IMG/VR virus record: IMGVR_UViG_3300009433_000003
Length of the DNA: 43,540 nt
Source of the DNA: a virus
Reading direction: 5' to 3' (one strand)
Position 1 is the first letter of the stretch. Every line of letters begins with the position of its first letter. Shown here piece after piece: positions 7,722 through 15,398 of this stretch. Made by a program: the position numbers and the translations under genes. Below the pieces are notes generated by a model. That model made no database searches and was not told the origin of the DNA. It saw only the letters and a list, made by a program, of their open reading frames with translations.

Positions 7722-8714
7722 ATGGCTACAGTAGGAAGCACATATCTGCAACTGGCAGACTATTACCGTCGACAAGACGGCAAGGGTCAGATTGCGGAAG
7801 TAGTGGAAATATTAGCGGAGATCAACCCTATCCTTGAGGATGGAATGGCTCTTGAATGTAACAATGGCGCAGCGCATCTGACGACAATACGCACCGGGTT
7901 GCCACAAGGCACTTGGCGTAAATTGTACGAAGGCGTACAGCCTAGTAAGTCAACGACCAAACAGGTTAGCGACACCACCGGCTGGCTCGAGGCATACTCT
8001 GAGCTTGACGAAAAACTCTATGCACTAGCGGCAGGCAACGGCAACGCACTACGATTGTCAGAAGCTGAGGCTTTCATTGAGGGCATGTCAAACCAGATGG
8101 CTTCAGCAATGTTCTACTCGAACACTGCGAACACGCCTGAGCAGTTCATGGGTCTGTCACCACGCTTCAACGCACTAACCGGCGCTGAGAACAGTGGTCA
8201 AATCGTGGACGGCGGCGGCGCTGGCTCTGATAACACTTCAATCTGGTTCGTGGTCTGGTCTCCTAAGACCTGTCACCTATTGTATCCGAAAGGCACAATG
8301 GCTGGCGTATCACGCAAAGACCTTGGCGAACAAACCAAGGAAAATTCTGACGGCTCTATGTACCAAGTTATGCGCGAGCATTTCAAATGGGACATCGGTA
8401 TGTCGGTCCGTGATTGGCGTTATATCAGCCGTATTGCAAACATTGACGTATCACTTGCAGCGGCCGGCTCTGTCGACCTGTCTGACTTGATGATTAGCGC
8501 TTATTACAAGCTACGTCAACGCAGAGTACGCGGCGGAACAGCGGTTATCTATTGCAACACTGAGATTAAAACAGCGTTGCATAAGAAAGCTCGCTCTGAC
8601 TCCACCAACACCCTGACCCTTCAGAACTTTGAAGGCAAGGAAATCGTTTCATTCTTGGGTGTACCTATCCGTGAATGCGATGCCATCGTAAACACAGAAG
8701 CCCTAGTCGCTTAA
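7722..8714 (+). CDS. Major capsid protein (HK97-fold, BPP-1/Bbp17-like)
   Basis: 330 aa. Strong SD (GGAGGA). Position after the scaffold gene. N-terminal pattern MAT..YLQLADYYRRQDGKG is typical of this capsid family. Confidence 0.85.
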   Translation: MATVGSTYLQLADYYRRQDGKGQIAEVVEILAEINPILEDGMALECNNGAAHLTTIRTGLPQGTWRKLYEGVQPSKSTTKQVSDTTGWLEAYSELDEKLYALAAGNGNALRLSEAEAFIEGMSNQMASAMFYSNTANTPEQFMGLSPRFNALTGAENSGQIVDGGGAGSDNTSIWFVVWSPKTCHLLYPKGTMAGVSRKDLGEQTKENSDGSMYQVMREHFKWDIGMSVRDWRYISRIANIDVSLAAAGSVDLSDLMISAYYKLRQRRVRGGTAVIYCNTEIKTALHKKARSDSTNTLTLQNFEGKEIVSFLGVPIRECDAIVNTEALVA

Positions 8715-8728
8715 TCAGGAGAGCAATT

Positions 8729-9127
8729 ATGATACTCGACAAACAAACTTTGTACTCTGACGACCAAGCGGTCACCGTAACAGCGGCGAGCACGAACCTC
8801 ATTGACCACAGTGTTGCAGCTGATCAAGGAAAGGGCGTGCCGATGGAAATCTTAATCCAAGTGACAGAAGACTTCGGGGCTTTAACCAGCCTTACCGTCT
8901 CTCTGGAGGTTGATGACAACGCCTCTTTCTCTTCGGTCAAAACGGTCGCTACCACGGGGGCTGTTGTATTGGCTGACCTAGTAGCTGGGAAGCAATTCTC
9001 ACTCAACCACATGCCTCTCGGTGCTGACGAGCGATACTCTCGCTTGAAATACACCGTCGCTGGCACCACTGCGAATGCTGGCACGATAGTAGCCGGCGTC
9101 ACGATGGGAGCCCAGACGAATGGCTGA
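8729..9127 (+). CDS. Head decoration / cement protein (Bbp16-like)
   Basis: 132 aa from ATG 8729 (SD AGGAGA). The track ORF start at 8675 overlaps the capsid gene. Lies directly after the capsid gene and looks beta-rich. Confidence 0.5.
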   Translation: MILDKQTLYSDDQAVTVTAASTNLIDHSVAADQGKGVPMEILIQVTEDFGALTSLTVSLEVDDNASFSSVKTVATTGAVVLADLVAGKQFSLNHMPLGADERYSRLKYTVAGTTANAGTIVAGVTMGAQTNG

Positions 9128-9299
9128 AGCTAAAAAAGTAGCACACGTCGACGGTCAAGTCGTTGCTATTGCATTAGGCTTCGACGGTCATAAACTTCGC
9201 GATGTTGGCGAAGTCTTTAGCTTCAAAGGCCCACAAGGTTCTTGGTTCGAGCTGTACAAGGCTCCGCCAAAACCGAAGGCCCCGAAGGCTGACGATTAA
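9120..9299 (+). CDS. Small hypothetical protein (59 aa)
   Basis: Hand-translated: MAEAKKVAHVDGQVVAIALGFDGHKLRDVGEVFSFKGPQGSWFELYKAPPKPKAPKADD. Overlaps the upstream stop and is followed by a terminator. Confidence 0.4.
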   Translation: MAEAKKVAHVDGQVVAIALGFDGHKLRDVGEVFSFKGPQGSWFELYKAPPKPKAPKADD

Positions 9300-9336
9300 A
9301 AAACCCTGTCAGGTGTAAACAGCCTGAATATCACCC

Positions 9337-9361
9337 GGGGGCCTTCGGGCCCCTTTTTTTA
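9337..9361 (+). terminator. Rho-independent terminator after the capsid genes
   Basis: GGGGCC-TTCG-GGCCCC stem-loop followed by a T9 run. Confidence 0.8.
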
Positions 9362-9376
9362 TAGAGGCGAGCCGTT

Positions 9377-10012
9377 ATGAGTACACAAGTCGAAGTCTGC
9401 AATCTTGCGCTGAGTCATATAGGTGACGCGAACACAATCTCTGATATTACGGAGAACAGCACTCAGGCTGGCCAATGTAATAGACATTGGACAAACGCTT
9501 TAAATACAGCGCTGAGGCTGCGAGACTGGTCCTTTGCACGGGTATCTGCCAACTTGGCTTTGAAAGGGACTGCGCCACAAGGCTGGACCTATCAATACGC
9601 GACGCCAGTCGATATGCTTATTCCGCGTATGCTGATAGCGAACGACGTGCCGCTGCCATTTCTTACTGAGAACAATGACGGCATAAGAGCGGTCAACGAC
9701 CCTTATCCTTACGAGCTAGGCCTGAACACAGCTGATCAATCTATTATCTTACTAACGAACCTGTCAGAAGCTATTCTGAGGTACACCGCCAAGAATGATA
9801 TCGTTTCTCTTTGGCCGGTCGATTTTCAAACAGCGATGAGCTATATATTAGCCGAGCGTATTGCTATGCCGCTGACACGAAACCCAGAAATCAAAGACGC
9901 TATGGGGCAGGCAGCACGGCTCGCCGTTTCTACCGCCAGCGTCAACAACCTCAACTCGGAGGAGCCTGCTCGACCAGCGGACTCAGGTGGTATACAAGCG
10001 AGGGGTCAATAA
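9377..10012 (+). CDS. Tail tubular protein A / adaptor (T7 gp11-type)
   Basis: 211 aa. The N-terminus MSTQVEVCNLALSHIGD...RDWSFAR is the characteristic gp11-family pattern. TAATG overlap with the next gene. Confidence 0.7.
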   Translation: MSTQVEVCNLALSHIGDANTISDITENSTQAGQCNRHWTNALNTALRLRDWSFARVSANLALKGTAPQGWTYQYATPVDMLIPRMLIANDVPLPFLTENNDGIRAVNDPYPYELGLNTADQSIILLTNLSEAILRYTAKNDIVSLWPVDFQTAMSYILAERIAMPLTRNPEIKDAMGQAARLAVSTASVNNLNSEEPARPADSGGIQARGQ

Positions 10013-12513
10013 TGCCTACCGCGAATCAGTCCTCGTTTGCCGCCGGTGAGCTCACTCCCTCCTTGCACAGTAGGCCTGACCTCGAGCGCTACCTTACGGG
10101 GCTCCGAACGTGTTATAACGCAATAATTCATCCTCACGGCGGCCTATCGAACCGAGCGGGGCTGGAGTTTATCGTTGAGGTCAAGAACAGTGAGCACGCT
10201 TGTCGATTAATCCCTTTCGCATTCAATGACAGCGACACCTATACGCTTGTTCTAGGAGATCAATATATCTGGTTCTTGCGTAATGGCGGAATCATAATTA
10301 ACACCGCGAACACAATAACCGCTGTCACCAAAGCGAACCCGGCAGTCGTTACTAGTACGGGGCACTCACTGCAAAACGGGGATACAATTTACATAAGCGA
10401 CGTTGCTGGCATGACCGAGCTCAATGGTCCGCGCTACACCGTGGCCAATGTAGCGGCCAACACGTTTGAGCTGGACGGTATTGATAGCACGGCTTATACC
10501 ACCTACACCTCCGGGGGCGAGGCCAGCAGCCTTTATGAGATAGCAACGCCTTACGCACACACAGAATTATTTGAAATCGGGTACACCCAGTCAGCCGACG
10601 TGCTGACCTTGGTTCATAGAGGCAACGCCCCGAGAACACTGGGACGGACCGGGCACACGTCATGGACCCTGTCAACAATCACCTTTGCGCCAGAAACACA
10701 GCCACCGACCGGCTTGAGCGGCACCGGCAGCGCGTACAGCTACGTCGTGACTTCGTTCTATGATGACACCGGCGAGGAGTCGGTTGCTTCCGCCGCGGCC
10801 AACATGGACGAAACCAGCACGCTCTCGTTCACCGCTCCAGCCAGTGGCCCAGTGCCTGATCGTTATTATGTCTATAAGATGAAGCCGGCGAACGGGCTCT
10901 ATGGGTTTATTGGTGAGGCGGTCGGGACCACCTTCACAGATTCGACGATTATCCCAGACCTTGAGGACACGCCTCCGCAAGCACGAAACCCGTTTGCAGC
11001 GACGGACGACTACCCTTCAACCGTGGCTTACTATCAACAGCGCCTCGCCTTTGGGGCAACAAACAATGACCCGGACAAGGTCTGGCTGACCCAAATAGGA
11101 CGCTTCAACAATATGAACGTCTCTGTCCCGCAAAAAGCAGATGACGCACTGACGCTCAGAATTTCCTCGAATGAAGTGAACCGGGTCCAAAACTTTGCGC
11201 CACTGGATAGCTTGATTGTGCTTACTTCAGGCGCCGAGCACTTGGTTACGAGCGGGGACTCGGCTTTCTCAGTGGATAACATTAAGATTAAACCACAGGA
11301 TTACCGGGGCTCGACCGCGCTGAAGCCGATTATTTTGGGCGGCGATATTCTGTTCGTGCAAGGACAAGGCAACGTGGTGCGCTCTATGAGCTACGCGCTA
11401 GAGTCTGACTCATACCGCGCTCAGGACCTCTCAATCCTCTCTAGGCATTTATTTGTGAATAACTCAATGGTTGATTGGTCATACGCTAATCAGCCGAATA
11501 ATGTCCTCTGGTGCGTCCGTGATGACGGCTCCATGCTGGGCTTCACCTTTGTCCGCGAGCATGAGGTGTTTGCATGGCATCGACACAAAACCGACGGGCT
11601 GTTCGAGTCTGTCGCAACCGTGGGTGAGAACAAAAAGGACGCTGTTTATGTCGCTGTAAAACGAACAATTGGCGGCGTCACAAAGCGCTACATTGAGCGA
11701 ATGCACGAGCGCGGGTTCGAGGGGACCCATGGCGTGACTGATATTGAGGATGCTTTTTTTGTTGACTCAGGCCTATCGCATGACGTGCCTTACATTATAA
11801 CGGGCGCCACACAAGCGGACCCGGTTGTCATTAGTGTCACAAGTCACCCCTATAGTAATGGTGACACAGTTCATATTAGTGATGTCGACTTTACACTGGA
11901 CGCCGACGGCGCCGCTGATACTGGCATGGCCGAGCTCAATGGCGGCCGCTACCTTGTTTCAAATAGCACGGTCAACGCCTTTGAAATTACCGACCTCGAT
12001 GGCAACGATATCGACGGGACGGCTTTCGCAGCGTACACCTCGGGCGGCATCGTAAGGGAGGCGGTTAATACTGTTGCAGGCCTCGACCACCTCGAAGGTG
12101 AGACCGTGGCAATACTGGCTGATGGTGACGTTCATCCTCAGCGAGTCGTCGCAAGCGGCAGCGTCACACTGGATTATCGTGCTAGTCGCATCCATGTCGG
12201 CTTACCGTACAACGCCGATGTCGAAACACTCGAGACCCCTGAAGGCTACGGCCGCAAGAAAACAGTCTCAAGGATTCAGCTCCGCTTCCTAAACACACGA
12301 GGCATAAAAGCTGGCCCCTCTCTTACTAGGCTCAATGAGCTGGTACAGAGAACGGACGAAGACTATGCAGCACCGACCCGGTTGTTTACTGGAGAGGCTG
12401 AGATTGTCATCGAGCCGACATGGCAGAACCGGGGCCGTTTGAGTTTTAGGCAGAGCGACCCGCTCCCTTTCACGTTGCTGGCCATCCTTCCTGATGTCGA
12501 AGCCGGAGGCTAG
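10012..12513 (+). CDS. Tail tubular protein B / nozzle (T7 gp12-type) with two inserted beta-barrel domains
   Basis: 833 aa from ATG 10012. The track ORF start at 9811 is in the same frame but overlaps the adaptor gene. N-terminus: MPTANQSSFAAGELTPSLHSRPDLERY. Size and position fit. Confidence 0.75.
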   Translation: MPTANQSSFAAGELTPSLHSRPDLERYLTGLRTCYNAIIHPHGGLSNRAGLEFIVEVKNSEHACRLIPFAFNDSDTYTLVLGDQYIWFLRNGGIIINTANTITAVTKANPAVVTSTGHSLQNGDTIYISDVAGMTELNGPRYTVANVAANTFELDGIDSTAYTTYTSGGEASSLYEIATPYAHTELFEIGYTQSADVLTLVHRGNAPRTLGRTGHTSWTLSTITFAPETQPPTGLSGTGSAYSYVVTSFYDDTGEESVASAAANMDETSTLSFTAPASGPVPDRYYVYKMKPANGLYGFIGEAVGTTFTDSTIIPDLEDTPPQARNPFAATDDYPSTVAYYQQRLAFGATNNDPDKVWLTQIGRFNNMNVSVPQKADDALTLRISSNEVNRVQNFAPLDSLIVLTSGAEHLVTSGDSAFSVDNIKIKPQDYRGSTALKPIILGGDILFVQGQGNVVRSMSYALESDSYRAQDLSILSRHLFVNNSMVDWSYANQPNNVLWCVRDDGSMLGFTFVREHEVFAWHRHKTDGLFESVATVGENKKDAVYVAVKRTIGGVTKRYIERMHERGFEGTHGVTDIEDAFFVDSGLSHDVPYIITGATQADPVVISVTSHPYSNGDTVHISDVDFTLDADGAADTGMAELNGGRYLVSNSTVNAFEITDLDGNDIDGTAFAAYTSGGIVREAVNTVAGLDHLEGETVAILADGDVHPQRVVASGSVTLDYRASRIHVGLPYNADVETLETPEGYGRKKTVSRIQLRFLNTRGIKAGPSLTRLNELVQRTDEDYAAPTRLFTGEAEIVIEPTWQNRGRLSFRQSDPLPFTLLAILPDVEAGG

Positions 12514-12961
12514 TGTAAGGCCTGCGACACTCGAAGACGTTGACGTCCTGTTCGATAATATCCGAGCAGGAGACCTCAACGAAATGGAGTACGCCAGCCG
12601 ACAGACCCCTTACAATTACCTCCTTAAAACCTATGAAATGACGCGCAGCCCACTCGCCGGGGTCATTGATGGGAAACTGGTCGCGCTCATGGGTATTGTC
12701 CCGGTCGGGCTACTGACTGGTGAAGGCTGTCCATGGATGCTGGGCACCGAGGAGCTCAAGAAGCACGGGAAGATATTCGTCGCTTTCAGCAAACCCACCA
12801 TGATAAGTGCGGCCAAGCCTTACACGACTCTGCGAAACTATGTGGATGTTAGGAACAAACAATCGATTAGATGGCTGAAATGGCTGGGCTTTACGATTAA
12901 AAGCCCAGTTATCTACGGACCCTATAGTAAACCTTTTTACCCGTTTGAAATGAGGAAGTAA
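12494..12961 (+). CDS. Internal virion protein A-like (T7 gp13 / DUF2833-like)
   Basis: 155 aa, positioned after the nozzle gene. C-terminal N-x-x-SIRWLKWLGF pattern. Confidence 0.5.
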   Translation: MSKPEASVRPATLEDVDVLFDNIRAGDLNEMEYASRQTPYNYLLKTYEMTRSPLAGVIDGKLVALMGIVPVGLLTGEGCPWMLGTEELKKHGKIFVAFSKPTMISAAKPYTTLRNYVDVRNKQSIRWLKWLGFTIKSPVIYGPYSKPFYPFEMRK

Positions 12962-12964
12962 ATT

Positions 12965-13492
12965 ATGTGCGGAATGGCAGAGGCAAGTCTTGCAATGATG
13001 GTTTTTGGAGGGATAAGCAGCTTCTCTCAGTCACGGCAGCAAGCAAAAGCTCAGAAACAGCAGGCAGCATTCGACTCCAGAGTCGCTGAGAACAACGCAA
13101 CCAACGCCGAAAACGAGGCGCTTCAGGTAGAACAGACGGCTCTAGCAGACGGCAAAATCAGAACGACGAAGGGCGAGCTCAGCAAGGGTCAGCTCCGGGC
13201 ACAGTTAGCAGCCAACGGCGTGGTCGTTGATGAAGATAACGCGCTCGGTTCATTGCTCGACGAGGAGGCCAGCACGGCGCTCGACGTCTTAACCATCAAG
13301 TACAACGCCGACAACCAAGCTGGAGGACTCCGGGCCGAGGCTAATAATTATCGCATAGGCGCGGCAAACACCCGGTCGAAAGGTGAGTTCGACGCAAGCC
13401 AAACCAAGTCCGCTGGCTGGGGCACTTTGCTCGGCAACGCTGGCAAAACCGCTGGACAATATGCCACCTTCAAGAAACTCGGAGCGATATAA
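12965..13492 (+). CDS. Internal virion protein B-like (T7 gp14-type)
   Basis: 175 aa. Starts MCGMAEASLAMMVFGGISSFSQSRQQAKAQ, similar to the T7 gp14 N-terminus MCWAAAIPIAISGAQAISGQNAQAK (from memory). Confidence 0.6.
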   Translation: MCGMAEASLAMMVFGGISSFSQSRQQAKAQKQQAAFDSRVAENNATNAENEALQVEQTALADGKIRTTKGELSKGQLRAQLAANGVVVDEDNALGSLLDEEASTALDVLTIKYNADNQAGGLRAEANNYRIGAANTRSKGEFDASQTKSAGWGTLLGNAGKTAGQYATFKKLGAI

Positions 13493-15397
13493 ATGGCGAA
13501 CCTCAGAGTCACTAGAGAACCAACTGTCGCAATCGATAGTCCCGTAAAGAATCGCTCATCACTAAGAGCGCCGACACTCCAGTTCAAGGACAGCGGCAGC
13601 CAGATATTCCAAGGCGGCCAACAGCTGGCAGCGCGTGCAGAGCAAATGCAGAAAGAGGAGAACGTCCTCACGGCCAAGGATATCGATAACCAGTACAGCG
13701 CTGAAATGCGCGAGATAATGGAAGCTGATGACGGCTACTATAACCAGAAGGGCAAGAGCGCTGTCGACCAGTTTGAGGCGGCACAAGAAAGACTGGACGC
13801 GCTTCAGGCAAAATATGCAGGGATGAGCGGGAATGACCACGTCTCATCATTGCTGGCCGGCACGTTGAACGCGAGAAAACAGAACGAGCTCAACAAGGTC
13901 TATACCCACAAAGCACAGCAACGCAATATCTGGGCTGACAACACTGATCAGTCCTCCATTGAGAACGCCACAAACGAAGCGGCCAACGCTTACAACGACC
14001 CTATCTATGTCGCCCAGAACGTCGCCAAGGGAATGGAGAGCGTGGACCGGGTCCTTAGTCGAGCAGGCATTCCACTTGTGGACGAGAACGGCAAAGAGAC
14101 CGAAGGGGCCAAGTCGGCGAGAACAAAATTTACCAGCGGATTGTATGAGCGCGTTATCGAACGAGAAGCCATCAACGACCCCATGGGCGCACAAAAGAAA
14201 TACGAAGCCATACTGAGCCAAGAGAAGGCAACGCCTGAAGGCCGCTTGCTGATAAGCCCAGACGCAAAGATGAGGATTGAGACATCCTTGAAGACGAAAG
14301 TCACCTCAGCCAAGGGCCGGGGCTTGCTGGTACAAATAAAGCAAGACAACCCGGGGCTCACTGATGAGCAGATGCTCCAGAAAATCTATGACCACGGTGA
14401 CACCACCGGCGATATCGATACCGCTGACGACGCGGCTCAACGCTTCCGTCAACGCATATCAGACAAGAAAGGCTTTAAGGCTGAGAACGAAAAGAGCGTC
14501 ATCAAGTCGGCGCATAAAAAGATTAACAGCACTGAATGGCAAGGGGCGGATCTGACCTTGAAAGACATATTATCTGAAGAGGAGTACAACCTACTTTCTC
14601 AGAGCCAGTACGGCATCGAGAACGCCGAGAAGCGTATCAAGCGAATGCGTGAAGGTATCAGCGTCGACACCACGCAAGGCAACATGTACAAGAAATGGGA
14701 TGGCGCCACTGCCGAGCAGCTCGTGGTCATGGTTGAGAAGGGCGAGCTCGACAACGACATCAATGGCGGGAGTATTTCAGACGGTGACGCACAGCGATAC
14801 TGGACCCTATACGGCAACGCAAAAGAACCGGGCAAGGTCACAGCCGAGAAGGCCGCTGCGAAACATATCTCGCCGAACGTGGGTGAGAAGCTAGCCGCTT
14901 ACCTGAAGAGAAATGAAATCAGCACCACCAAGAACCCAGATTCTGGGGAATTGACCAGCTACCTCGTCAAACACATACAAGACGTCAAGAACGCCTCGGG
15001 TGCTGCCGTGCTCGACGGCGCCACTGAGGACGAAATATTTGCGAAGGCAACCGCGCCCGTGAACATCCCGGGAGAATGGTTCGGCATAGATACTGTCCCG
15101 GCCTATAAGGCGTGGGCGAAAGAGGAAGCGAGCAAAGCTAAGGAACCGCATCAAGTCGACTTGGGCATCTATGAAGCGAGCGAGATTGCCATTGCAAAGG
15201 CAGCTTATGACAGTCAGCGCGAATCAATCACGGCCGACTTAAAGGCTGGCGGCAGACCATTCGAGAACGAAGACGAGGGCGGCTCATTTAATCTCAGCAC
15301 GAAGGGCGGCACAAAAACAAAAGAGCGCCACTACGACCGGGTGATACTAGATATGCTTATTCGGCAAATGAAACAACTAGACGAGGCTGAAAAATAA
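13493..15397 (+). CDS. Internal virion (core) protein C-like (gp15 position)
   Basis: 634 aa, helical and charged. Sits between the gp14-like and the giant gp16-position gene. Confidence 0.5.
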   Translation: MANLRVTREPTVAIDSPVKNRSSLRAPTLQFKDSGSQIFQGGQQLAARAEQMQKEENVLTAKDIDNQYSAEMREIMEADDGYYNQKGKSAVDQFEAAQERLDALQAKYAGMSGNDHVSSLLAGTLNARKQNELNKVYTHKAQQRNIWADNTDQSSIENATNEAANAYNDPIYVAQNVAKGMESVDRVLSRAGIPLVDENGKETEGAKSARTKFTSGLYERVIEREAINDPMGAQKKYEAILSQEKATPEGRLLISPDAKMRIETSLKTKVTSAKGRGLLVQIKQDNPGLTDEQMLQKIYDHGDTTGDIDTADDAAQRFRQRISDKKGFKAENEKSVIKSAHKKINSTEWQGADLTLKDILSEEEYNLLSQSQYGIENAEKRIKRMREGISVDTTQGNMYKKWDGATAEQLVVMVEKGELDNDINGGSISDGDAQRYWTLYGNAKEPGKVTAEKAAAKHISPNVGEKLAAYLKRNEISTTKNPDSGELTSYLVKHIQDVKNASGAAVLDGATEDEIFAKATAPVNIPGEWFGIDTVPAYKAWAKEEASKAKEPHQVDLGIYEASEIAIAKAAYDSQRESITADLKAGGRPFENEDEGGSFNLSTKGGTKTKERHYDRVILDMLIRQMKQLDEAEK

Positions 15398-15398
15398 C

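Noticed and set aside
9811-10011. Upstream extension of the nozzle ORF (track start 9811, 900 aa)
   Set aside because: The extension overlaps the last 200 nt of the adaptor gene and has an R/Q/S-rich implausible sequence. ATG 10012 gives the canonical MPTANQSSFAAGELTP N-terminus and a TAATG junction.
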